From Candidatus Electrothrix laxa (GTDB lineage Bacteria; Desulfobacterota; Desulfobulbia; Desulfobulbales; Desulfobulbaceae): a stretch of DNA of 24,000 nt. Both the position numbers and the translations under genes were made by a program. Numbering within the stretch: the first letter of the stretch is position 1; every line of letters starts with the position of its first letter. Of the stretch, positions 6,632 through 14,649 are shown piece after piece. Below the pieces are notes generated by a model, which was not told the DNA's origin, did not search any database, and saw nothing but the letters and a program-made list of their open reading frames with translations. The stretch covers positions 532,462 to 556,461 of the forward strand of contig OW818652.1 in the NCBI GenBank assembly GCA_942492895.1, read 5' to 3'.

Positions 6632-8161
6632 ATGCGAAAATTACCCATAGGTATTCAAACCTTCAGTGAAATCCGTGAAGAGGAATACCGCTACGTTGAT
6701 AAAACAAAAATCGCTTTTGAGCTGATCAACAACGGGAAATATTACTTCCTCTCCCGCCCCCGCCGCTTCGGCAAGAGCCTTTTTCTTTCCACCTTGCAGG
6801 CTGTGTTCGAGGGCCGGAATGAGCTGTTTCACGGCCTGTATATCTATGACATCTGGGATTGGCAGACAACCTATCCGGTCGTCAAAATCAGCTTTGCCGG
6901 AGTGGCCCGAAATGTTGCTGCTATGCAGCAGGATATCAGGAATATCCTCAAGGATAACCGGGAGCGCCTGAACATTGACTGCCTGCACGAAGAAGATACA
7001 GGTGGGTGCTTACGGGAGCTGATCAGGAAGTCATTTGAAAAATATCAGCAGAAAGTCGTTATCCTGGTGGATGAGTACGACAAGCTGATACTTGATAATC
7101 TGGATCAGCTGGAGGTCGCTCAAGAGGCAAGGGAAATCCTCAAAGACCTGTACGCAACCATCAAGGACTGCGACGAGTATATCAAGTTCGCCTTTTTTAC
7201 CGGCGTCAGTAAATTTGCCAAGGTCTCTGTGTTCAGCGGCCTGAATAACCTTTCGGATATCTCCCTTGATCCTCGTTACGCGACCATCTGTGGTTATACC
7301 CAGAATGATCTGGAAAGCGTTTTTATCGATCTTCTGCAAGACGCTGATATGGACAGGGTGCGGGAGTGGTACAACGGCTATAATTTTCTGGGGGAAAAAG
7401 TTTATAATCCCTTTGATATCCTGCTTTTCATCGACAAGGGACTCATTTTTAATAATTATTGGTTCGAGACCGGCACGCCGACCTTTTTACTGAAGCTTAT
7501 CCGGCAGAACAATTATTTCCTCCCCCGTCTTTCCGACCTGCGGGTTGACAGCTCGCTTCTCGACGGTTTTGATATCGACCACATCAGACTTGAATCTATC
7601 CTGTTTCAGGCCGGTTACCTGACGATCAAAGAGGTTCATGAACTAGAGTTCGGAGGGTTTGAATATACCCTGCACTACCCGAACAGAGAGGTCGCCCTTT
7701 CCTTTAATGACGCGCTTATCCGTTTTCTGACGGACGCGACAACATACACCCCCATCAAAACCGGCTTATTTTCCGCATTAAAATCCGGGGATGTCGAAGC
7801 ATTGAAAGATGTGCTCATCTCCCTGTTCGCCTCGATTCCGTATAATAATTATGTCAAAAACACAGTTGCCGAGTATGAGGGCTATTATGCCAGTGTGATT
7901 TATGCCTATCTCGCAAGCCTGGGCATACGCATTATCGCAGAGGATGTGACTAATACCGGGCGTGTCGACTTAACGCTTTTCCTGGGTGATAACATATATA
8001 TTGTCGAGTTTAAAGTTGACGGCAATGCTGATCCCCTTGAGCAGATTAAAGACCGAAAGTATGCGCAGAAGTATACAGGCCAGGGGATAGTGTATTTGGT
8101 CGGTATCCTTTTCAGCAGTACAAAGAAAAATATTGCGGCGTTTTCTTGGGAAAGGGTATGA
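6632..8161 (+). CDS. AAA-ATPase_like (PF09820-type) N-domain plus PD-(D/E)xK nuclease (PDDEXK_9-type) C-domain protein
   Basis: Signature N-terminus [55 protein letters not shown] (GKS P-loop). Walker B is VVILVDEYDKL. The C-terminus TGRVDLTLF..IYIVEFKVDG fits a D...E-x-K nuclease core. SD (AAGGAGAG) upstream. Confidence 0.85.
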   Translation: MRKLPIGIQTFSEIREEEYRYVDKTKIAFELINNGKYYFLSRPRRFGKSLFLSTLQAVFEGRNELFHGLYIYDIWDWQTTYPVVKISFAGVARNVAAMQQDIRNILKDNRERLNIDCLHEEDTGGCLRELIRKSFEKYQQKVVILVDEYDKLILDNLDQLEVAQEAREILKDLYATIKDCDEYIKFAFFTGVSKFAKVSVFSGLNNLSDISLDPRYATICGYTQNDLESVFIDLLQDADMDRVREWYNGYNFLGEKVYNPFDILLFIDKGLIFNNYWFETGTPTFLLKLIRQNNYFLPRLSDLRVDSSLLDGFDIDHIRLESILFQAGYLTIKEVHELEFGGFEYTLHYPNREVALSFNDALIRFLTDATTYTPIKTGLFSALKSGDVEALKDVLISLFASIPYNNYVKNTVAEYEGYYASVIYAYLASLGIRIIAEDVTNTGRVDLTLFLGDNIYIVEFKVDGNADPLEQIKDRKYAQKYTGQGIVYLVGILFSSTKKNIAAFSWERV

Positions 8162-8350
8162 TGGGCAGAGTTTCTCCGCCTTCGAGATGTGACCATCGCT
8201 CTCTCACTTATCCCCTCAGCAACGATCGTTTCGACTACACCGCTGAAGAAATTGCACCGATCTATTAAAATTCGTAATTTCGTTAGGATACTCTGGAAAT
8301 TTCTCAGATAATTTAAGCGGTTACCTCGGGCCTCTTAAGGGATTTTATCC

Positions 8351-8380
8351 TTGACGGTCAGCGGGTTAACTGTTTATATA
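8351..8380 (+). promoter_or_regulatory. candidate sigma70-type promoter upstream of tatBC
   Basis: TTGACG (8351-8356), an 18-nt spacer, then TATATA (8375-8380). It lies ~195 nt upstream of the tatB ATG. Sequence match only. Confidence 0.3.
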
Positions 8381-8412
8381 GAGGGCTCTATTTATGGTGT
8401 AAGTAAAGATAA

Positions 8413-8448
8413 AGGGGCGATTGACATACGTGTTCGTCCTTTTATGCC
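8413..8448. repeat. degenerate half-copy of the GTAGGGGC palindromic repeat family
   Basis: AGGGGCGATTGACATACGTGTTCGTCCTTTTATGCC compares with GTAGGGGCGAACCTATGTGTTCGCCCTTTTATGCC at 22513. The second hairpin module is absent. Confidence 0.5.
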
Positions 8449-8575
8449 AGATATGGTTTGAGTGAATTGACTAATAATCCTATGGTGTTGATTTCTCCTA
8501 GATACAAAGGCGGGAAAAAGTTGCTGCCGCAGAATGACACCGAGAAAATATTTACAACTGTCTCCCTGAAATAAT

Positions 8576-9088
8576 ATGTTTGGAATAGGTTTGCCGGAAA
8601 TGATTGTGATTCTGGCTGTGGCATTGATTGTGGTCGGCCCGGATAAACTCCCAGAGTTGGCCCGCTCGCTGGCAAAAGGTGTTAATGAACTGAAAAACAC
8701 CATGAATCAGGTGAAAGACAGTCTGAACGAAGAAACAAAGATCGTCAGCTCGGTGCAGCAGGATATTCAGAAGACAGCTGGCCAAATGAAGACGCACCTG
8801 CTGGAAGATGTAACAAAAAATCCCAATCAGTGGAAGCGGGAAGGGGAGAAAGGTCCTGCTTCAGATATTGTAGAAGGGGATGAGGTCATTGAAGCTGAAG
8901 TAAAACCTCTGGCTCCGCGTTCATGGGAGGAGGAAACAGAGCCTGTTTTTCAAAAAAAGAGCGCTTCTGATCAGCAGCCTGAGCTTGCTGAAGGTGGTCC
9001 TGATAATGAACCGGAACAGCATGAGGCCGAGGACGATAATACCCCTGATGATGATACCTCAGCGCCGCATCCTTCTTCTGTTGTATGA
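8576..9088 (+). CDS. tatB: twin-arginine translocase subunit TatB
   Basis: N-terminus MFGIGLPEMIVILAVALIVVGPDKLPELARSLAKGVNELKN (TM plus amphipathic helix), then a long acidic tail. The stop overlaps the tatC start (GTATGA). Confidence 0.85.
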   Translation: MFGIGLPEMIVILAVALIVVGPDKLPELARSLAKGVNELKNTMNQVKDSLNEETKIVSSVQQDIQKTAGQMKTHLLEDVTKNPNQWKREGEKGPASDIVEGDEVIEAEVKPLAPRSWEEETEPVFQKKSASDQQPELAEGGPDNEPEQHEAEDDNTPDDDTSAPHPSSVV

Positions 9089-9834
9089 GTACTGCCGCAC
9101 TTTTAGAGCGTTTTCGCCCCCATCATCAGGAGTTGCGAAAACGGCTCCTTAAATCGTTTGCAGCTATCGCACTGAGCACAGCTCTTGCCTATTTTTTTAT
9201 TGATCATCTTGCAGCATTCTGTACTCAACCGCTGTTTTTGGCAGCTCCAACCTTGGAGAAACTGGTCTACACCAAGCTGACCGATGCCTTTGTGTCGTAC
9301 ATTAAACTTGCCCTTCTTTCAGGGATTATAGTCAGTTTTCCTTATCTACTATATCAATGCTGGATGTTTATTGCTCCGGGGTTACTGAGTAAGGAGCGGG
9401 TCGTAGCCCGCAGGATTATTTTGTGGTCGACCGGCCTGTTTATAGGAGGAGCTCTGTTTGGTTTTTTTATTGTTCTTCCGAAAACCTTGTCTTTTTTTAT
9501 GAGCTATGCCGGAGAGAATCTGGAGCCTATGCCCAAGCTGGGTCTTTATCTGACCTTTGTTGCCCGCATGGTGCTCGCCTTTGCCATCTCCTTTGAAATC
9601 CCCTTTCTTATGGTTATGACCACGGTCGTCGGGCTCGTTACTCATGAGCACTTCAAGGAAAAACGTAAATATTTTTATATTGCTATCGTTGTTCTTTCCT
9701 TCTTGCTCACCGCCGGTGAGGTGACTGCGACTGTGTTACTCGCCTTTCCTTTGTTTGCCCTTTATGAAGCCGGGATTATTGCCGGAAGAATTTTTATCAA
9801 GCAGAAAGACGACGGAGAATTTCAATCTGTTTAG
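9085..9834 (+). CDS. tatC: twin-arginine translocase subunit TatC
   Basis: 249 aa polytopic membrane protein with an N-terminal HHQELRKRLLKS motif and a 6-TM pattern. Translationally coupled to tatB. Confidence 0.92.
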   Translation: MSTAALLERFRPHHQELRKRLLKSFAAIALSTALAYFFIDHLAAFCTQPLFLAAPTLEKLVYTKLTDAFVSYIKLALLSGIIVSFPYLLYQCWMFIAPGLLSKERVVARRIILWSTGLFIGGALFGFFIVLPKTLSFFMSYAGENLEPMPKLGLYLTFVARMVLAFAISFEIPFLMVMTTVVGLVTHEHFKEKRKYFYIAIVVLSFLLTAGEVTATVLLAFPLFALYEAGIIAGRIFIKQKDDGEFQSV

Positions 9835-9840
9835 GCCCTT

Positions 9841-11160
9841 TTAGCTTCGTTCCAACAGAACAACAGATTCGATGTGACTGGTCTGGGGGAACATATCTAC
9901 AGGGATAACACGGGTAATAATATATCCGTGAGGGCTGAGAAGATTCAAATCTCGGGCTAGGGTAGCTGGGTCGCAGGAGACGTAAATGATTTTTTCTGGC
10001 TCAAGGCGCGGAAGCAAGGTGATGTCTTTCCCGACCCCGCTTCGTGGTGGATCAAGGAGAATGCAGTCGCCTTTTTCTCCTTGATCAACAAGCTGCTTTA
10101 GGGCAGCGCGTACATCGGCGACAAGAAAACGGGCGGAAATCCCGGCCTGCTGAGCATTTTCCTCTGCCCAATGGATGCTTTCTTTGTTTCCCTCAATGCC
10201 GGTAACGGTCCCGCCGCAGAGTCCAAGAGGAATGGAGAAATTTCCCATGCCGCAGTAGAGATCAAGGACGGTTTTGCCACTCAGATCTCCGGCAAGATCG
10301 CAGACCAGTTGAATAAGCTGCTCGTTCTGGCGAGGATTGACTTGGGAAAAACAGCCTCCAGACCAAGACAAGGCACAAGTTTTTTTACCCAACCGAACAT
10401 GCTGGATCAACGGATCTGCTTGTGGAAAAAAATATTGAAATCCTTTCCGTGAAGTCCATTCCACCTGGTTAATATAAGGGCTTGTGGCAAGGGCCTGAAG
10501 TGCTGCGGATGATGGCTTCTGCTTTTCTCCTCGAAGAACGAGAGTGATTTTTCCGTCAGCAGGAGACTCGATCAGTTCAATTTCTGGGTAGAGGCTGGCT
10601 AACGGCTGGAGAATCCCTGTCTCACTCAACCCGGCCAAAGTGGAGTTGATGCCCTGTACTGCCACCGGACAGTGGCTGATAGGAAAAAAATCGTTACTTC
10701 TTTTTTTGAAGAAACCGAGCTGGCCTGTCGCGCTGATCTTGAGGCGAAGGCGATAACGGTAGCCCCATTGGGCTGGTGAGGCCACCGCGTCTTGCACATG
10801 ATTTTGCAGATGCTTTTGTACATGTTCAATGGATACCTTGGCACGGTACAGTGATTCAGCAACAATCTCCCTTTTGATTCTGAGCTGTTCAGCATAGCTG
10901 CCGTGCTGCAAGTCACAGCCGCCGCATTCCCCGTATAAAGGGCAGGGCGGTTCGATTCGTGCAGAAGAGGGAGAGAGTATTTGCTCAATGCTCCCTTCAA
11001 TGTACCCTGATTTTTTTCTGTCTTCTTTGACCAGTACGATCTCGTCCGGCAAAGTGAAAGGGGTCATGACGACCTGTCCGTCAGCTGTTCGGGCCAGTCC
11101 TTTCCCGCCAGGGATAATTTTTTCAATAGTGACACTATGCTTTGTGACTGTATGCTTCAT
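9841..11160 (-). CDS. rlmD: 23S rRNA (uracil-C5)-methyltransferase, RlmD/RumA family (TRAM plus Fe-S plus SAM-MTase)
   Basis: N-terminal TRAM-like domain, cluster cysteines CPLYGECGGCDLQH...CP, the SAM motif VLDLYCGMGNFSIPL, and C-terminal YVSCDPATLARD. Confidence 0.88.
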   Translation of the reverse strand: MKHTVTKHSVTIEKIIPGGKGLARTADGQVVMTPFTLPDEIVLVKEDRKKSGYIEGSIEQILSPSSARIEPPCPLYGECGGCDLQHGSYAEQLRIKREIVAESLYRAKVSIEHVQKHLQNHVQDAVASPAQWGYRYRLRLKISATGQLGFFKKRSNDFFPISHCPVAVQGINSTLAGLSETGILQPLASLYPEIELIESPADGKITLVLRGEKQKPSSAALQALATSPYINQVEWTSRKGFQYFFPQADPLIQHVRLGKKTCALSWSGGCFSQVNPRQNEQLIQLVCDLAGDLSGKTVLDLYCGMGNFSIPLGLCGGTVTGIEGNKESIHWAEENAQQAGISARFLVADVRAALKQLVDQGEKGDCILLDPPRSGVGKDITLLPRLEPEKIIYVSCDPATLARDLNLLSPHGYIITRVIPVDMFPQTSHIESVVLLERS

Positions 11161-11250
11161 GGGGGATCCGGGAATAACCGTTGAGGTGGTGAGGACATAG
11201 AAAAATCTCGGTGATGTTGCTTGAAAAGTACCGTGACAGGCTCTTGTTTA

Positions 11251-11280
11251 TTGACAGGAAATACTTCTTGGTGCTACACT
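11251..11280 (+). promoter_or_regulatory. candidate sigma70-type promoter for the tatA pair
   Basis: TTGACA (11251-11256), an 18-nt spacer, then TACACT (11275-11280). It lies ~75 nt upstream of the first tatA ATG. Confidence 0.35.
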
Positions 11281-11355
11281 GACGTACCGTCCTGTTGCGT
11301 GCAGTGCGGATCATTTTTACTACTTACGGAACAAACTGTAAAGAGGTGAGAGAGT

Positions 11356-11541
11356 ATGTTCGGACTCGGAATGCCTGAACTGATTATCATCCTGGTTATT
11401 ATCGTTATTATTTTCGGCGCAGGAAAACTGCCTGAAATCGGCTCTGGTATCGGAAAAGGTATCAGGAATTTTAAAGATGCCACAAAAAGCGATGATGACC
11501 CGAAACCCATAGAAGACAAGGACAACAGCAAAGAAAGCTGA
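11356..11541 (+). CDS. tatA: twin-arginine translocase subunit TatA/E (paralogue 1)
   Basis: [44 protein letters not shown] (GAGGTGAGAG) upstream. Confidence 0.9.
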   Translation: MFGLGMPELIIILVIIVIIFGAGKLPEIGSGIGKGIRNFKDATKSDDDPKPIEDKDNSKES

Positions 11542-11575
11542 AAAACTCGTCCTTTGATAAGGAGAATGAACCGTT

Positions 11576-11830
11576 ATGTTCGGACTCGGAACCCCTGAAC
11601 TTGTTGTTATCCTGGCTATAGCTTTCCTCCTCTTTGGTGGAAAAAAATTACCAGAGATCGGCTCCGGCCTTGGCAAGGCCATAAGTTCCTTTAAAAAAGG
11701 CCTTGGTGAGGTCGAGGATACTGCTGGTCTCGGAGAGATGACCAAGAAACTTCCCGGTGTTCGGGAGGTCGCAGCTGTGCAGGAGAAAATTGATAAAGCA
11801 AAAGATATCGGTAAAGTGCTGACCAAATAG
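11576..11830 (+). CDS. tatA: twin-arginine translocase subunit TatA/E (paralogue 2)
   Basis: [44 protein letters not shown] (AAGGAGA) upstream. The first 17 nt are identical to paralogue 1. Confidence 0.9.
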   Translation: MFGLGTPELVVILAIAFLLFGGKKLPEIGSGLGKAISSFKKGLGEVEDTAGLGEMTKKLPGVREVAAVQEKIDKAKDIGKVLTK

Positions 11831-11838
11831 CCTGCCGT

Positions 11839-11899
11839 GTAGGGGCAGACCTCTGTGTCCGCCCGGTATCAAAGGGCGAACACACAGGTTCGCCCCTAC
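11839..11899. repeat. GTAGGGGC double-hairpin palindromic repeat, copy a
   Basis: GTAGGGGCAGACCTCTGTGTCCGCCC-GGTATCAAA-GGGCGAACACACAGGTTCGCCCCTAC. It sits between the convergent stops of tatA2 (11830) and trpS (11937). Confidence 0.9.
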
Positions 11900-11936
11900 A
11901 TCCCGCATCAAATAGAGGCTTGTCTCCTGGTAAATC

Positions 11937-12905
11937 CTAATACCGCAAGCCAACCCTGTCTCGCACCACATCCAAGGTCTCAACCGCTTTTGCTCGGGCC
12001 TTATCTGCGCCTTTTCGTAATACTTCTCGTAAATAATCCTGGTTGTTCAGTAATTCTTTCTTTTTGCTTCGGGCATCTGCATAATAATCGCGGATCAGCT
12101 CAAAGAGATCCTGCTTCAGATAGCCATAGGCTGCGCCCCCGTTGACATAGAGGGCGTGGACCTCTGACATTTTTTCCTCAGAGGCAAAGAGCTTGAGTAG
12201 GGCGTAGAGGTTACATTGCTCTGGATTTTTCGGGTCTTCCACCGGGGTTGAATCGGTCTGAACAGTCATAACTCGCTTGCGCAAGGGTTTATCATCCAGG
12301 AAGATGGGAATGGTGTTGTCGTAGGATTTGGACATCTTCTGACCGTCCAGCCCTGGAATGATCGCTGTGCTCTCGTTAATTGCCGGTTCCGGGATCACAA
12401 AGGTTTCCCCATAGGTATTATTGAACTTGATGGCAATATCTCGGGCCACCTCCAGATGCTGTTTTTGGTCCTTACCCACCGGTACGATGTCCGACTGATA
12501 AAGAAGAATGTCTGCGGCCATGAGCACGGGATAGGCAAACAAACCGTGATTCGCGGCAATGCCCTTGGCTACCTTGTCCTTATAAGAATGGCAACGCTCC
12601 AGTAGGCCCATGGGGGTCATGTTTGACAAAATCCAGGAGAGCTCACAGACTTCCGGTACATCGGACTGGACCCAGAAAGTGCATTTTTCCGGGTCAAGCC
12701 CCAGGGCGAGGAAGTCTGCTGCTGCCTCCAGAGTGCCAACAGAGAGTCTTTTACGATCCTGCACTGAGGTAAGAGCGTGAAGATCGACAATGAAAACGAA
12801 GAGATCCGAGGTCTCCATGTTGGCGATCATAGTTTTCATCATGCCGAAATAATTGCCAATATGGAGCTGTCCAGAAGGTTGGATGCCGGAGAGTATACGT
12901 TGCAT
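11937..12905 (-). CDS. trpS: tryptophanyl-tRNA synthetase
   Basis: 322 aa with the class I motifs SGIQPSGQLHIGNYFG (HIGH variant) and KMSKS. Confidence 0.97.
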   Translation of the reverse strand: MQRILSGIQPSGQLHIGNYFGMMKTMIANMETSDLFVFIVDLHALTSVQDRKRLSVGTLEAAADFLALGLDPEKCTFWVQSDVPEVCELSWILSNMTPMGLLERCHSYKDKVAKGIAANHGLFAYPVLMAADILLYQSDIVPVGKDQKQHLEVARDIAIKFNNTYGETFVIPEPAINESTAIIPGLDGQKMSKSYDNTIPIFLDDKPLRKRVMTVQTDSTPVEDPKNPEQCNLYALLKLFASEEKMSEVHALYVNGGAAYGYLKQDLFELIRDYYADARSKKKELLNNQDYLREVLRKGADKARAKAVETLDVVRDRVGLRY

Positions 12906-12957
12906 AGTATTTGCTGATGGAATTGAAGAAATTGAAGATTAACGAATGAATCAAGAG

Positions 12958-12986
12958 AATATACCAGTAAATTTTTTCCCACGCAA
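12958..12986 (-). promoter_or_regulatory. candidate sigma70-type promoter of trpS
   Basis: On the minus strand: TTGCGT (12986-12981), a 17-nt spacer, then TATATT (12963-12958). It lies ~50 nt upstream of the trpS ATG. Confidence 0.4.
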
Positions 12987-13013
12987 CAAGCAGGTCTCAA
13001 GGCTGTTTTTCAG

Positions 13014-13042
13014 TTTCCATATTGTACTGTCCCTGCTATGAT
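13014..13042 (+). promoter_or_regulatory. candidate sigma70-type promoter of the 5'-nucleotidase gene
   Basis: TTTCCA (13014-13019), a 17-nt spacer, then TATGAT (13037-13042). If real, it excludes the ORF-track start at 13038. Confidence 0.3.
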
Positions 13043-13139
13043 GGGTCGGCACGGCGGAAAAATGCTTTTCCGCCTGTTTTTTTCAGCGTATCGTCTTTCA
13101 TTTCTACGGAAAAAATTCTCAAAACAAACGAGCCGAGCC

Positions 13140-14630
13140 ATGTTTATTAAAAAGATCTTTCCCTTGTTCGTCCCCCTATTTTTATGTTGCTGTGTTGCTT
13201 TGCCATCAGTAGAGAAAATAGAGAACAGCGACGAGGTCCGTATAACTGTTTTGCAGATGAATGACGTTTATGAAATTGATCCTGTCAATGGAGGCAAAGA
13301 AGGAGGGCTTGCTCGGGTTGCTAGCCTTCGGGATTCGCTTCTACGAAGCAACCCGGATACTCTCACCGTGCTGGCCGGTGATCTGTTCAGTCCCTCGGCT
13401 CTGGGAACGGCACCTTATCAAGACGGGCGCCTGAATGGCAAACAGATAGTCGCGGCCATGAACGCCTTGGGGCTTGATTACATCACCTTTGGTAATCATG
13501 AGTTTGATTTGAAAAAAGGACCTTTTTATGATCGACTCAAAGAATCAGAATTTACCTGGATTTCCAGTAACTGTTTTGCGAAAAACGGCAAAGCCTTTCC
13601 AGGGGTTGCTGAGGATAAGATCGTTGATATCAAAGGAGTGAAAGTTGGCATCTTTGCTGTTACGTTGACCAAAAAAAAGACTGGTTACGTAACTTATAAA
13701 GAGCCCTTTGCAATCGCGAAAAAAAAGGTTGCTGAATTGCGCCCGAAGGTGGATATCCTTATCGCCCTGACTCATTTGAGTAAGGATGATGATATCCAGC
13801 TGGCGAGCAGATTTCCGGAGATTGATCTCATTATGGGGGGGCATGAACATGAAAACATGCAACTCTGGCGAGGGAAAGATTTCACCCCGATATTCAAGGC
13901 CGATGCCAATGCCCGAACCGTGTATGTTCACAACCTTTATTATAATAAAAACGCTGCGAAAAAATTGACCATTACCTCCAAGTTGCAACGGATTACTGAT
14001 GCTCTGCCTGATCAGCCAAAGACAGCTGAGGTTGTGAAAAAATGGCGGGAGATCGGGTATGCCGGATTCCGTAGGGATGGTTTTCAGCCTGAACAGGTTG
14101 TGGCCACAACCGATGTAGAGCTGGATGGACGGGAGGCGAGTGTACGTAATTTCTCCACCAAACTCACGGAGCTGATTGCACAATCTCTGCTTACAGCAGC
14201 GGATAAGGCCCAGCTCTCGATGTATAATAGCGGTTCTGTGCGCATTGACGACATCCTCCCTGCCGGAGATATCACAGAATATGATATCATCAGAATTCTC
14301 CCCTTTGGCGGTAATGTTGTCACTGTCACCATGCAGGGCACTGTACTTGAAAGGGCGCTGAATTTGGGAAAGGCGAGTAAAGGCGAGGGCGGTTTTCTCC
14401 AGACCGGCAATGTCAGCGGCGGGGAAGAAGGTGTTCCTTGGTCGATTGGCGGTCAACAGCTTGATCAGGATGCTGAATACACTGTGGCAATACTCGATTA
14501 CCTGGTCAAGGTTGGTGACGATAAACTGCAATTTCTTGTGAGTAATCCTCAGGTTCCTATCATTGCAGATAACGGGGATATCAGAAAGGCTTTGATCGCA
14601 GAATTGAAAAAGACCTTCTCTGCCCAATAG
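13140..14630 (+). CDS. bifunctional metallophosphatase/5'-nucleotidase family lipoprotein
   Basis: Signal/lipobox MFIKKIFPLFVPLFLCCCVA. Calcineurin-like motifs LAGDLFS, GNHEFD, ALTHL and GGHEHE, followed by a 5'-nucleotidase C-terminal domain. Start chosen at M35 of the ORF (ATG 13140). Alternative starts are 13038 and 13062. Confidence 0.85.
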   Translation: MFIKKIFPLFVPLFLCCCVALPSVEKIENSDEVRITVLQMNDVYEIDPVNGGKEGGLARVASLRDSLLRSNPDTLTVLAGDLFSPSALGTAPYQDGRLNGKQIVAAMNALGLDYITFGNHEFDLKKGPFYDRLKESEFTWISSNCFAKNGKAFPGVAEDKIVDIKGVKVGIFAVTLTKKKTGYVTYKEPFAIAKKKVAELRPKVDILIALTHLSKDDDIQLASRFPEIDLIMGGHEHENMQLWRGKDFTPIFKADANARTVYVHNLYYNKNAAKKLTITSKLQRITDALPDQPKTAEVVKKWREIGYAGFRRDGFQPEQVVATTDVELDGREASVRNFSTKLTELIAQSLLTAADKAQLSMYNSGSVRIDDILPAGDITEYDIIRILPFGGNVVTVTMQGTVLERALNLGKASKGEGGFLQTGNVSGGEEGVPWSIGGQQLDQDAEYTVAILDYLVKVGDDKLQFLVSNPQVPIIADNGDIRKALIAELKKTFSAQ

Positions 14631-14649
14631 GCCTTACCCGAGCTTATTC

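Noticed and set aside
6537-6650. 37-codon ORF upstream of the ATPase-nuclease gene
   Set aside because: The SD-like GGGAG lies only 2 nt from the ATG. The ORF overlaps the start of the 509-aa gene and has no motif.
8161-8268. 35-codon ORF starting at the ATGATG overlap with the stop of the 509-aa gene
   Set aside because: It is too short, has no recognisable motif or SD, and cannot be supported from sequence alone.
11320-11826. 168-aa minus-strand ORF
   Set aside because: It spans both tatA genes in antisense. The tatA calls have canonical sequences and SDs.
13038-13139. 34-codon N-terminal extension of the 5'-nucleotidase ORF
   Set aside because: The ATG at 13038 overlaps the candidate -10 box. 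The lipoprotein signal peptide begins at the internal Met (13140), and a 35-aa basic pre-sequence is atypical.
13545-14627. 360-aa ORF on the minus strand
   Set aside because: It lies entirely antisense to the 5'-nucleotidase gene, whose product carries clear family motifs. The antisense product has no recognisable motifs and looks like a shadow ORF.
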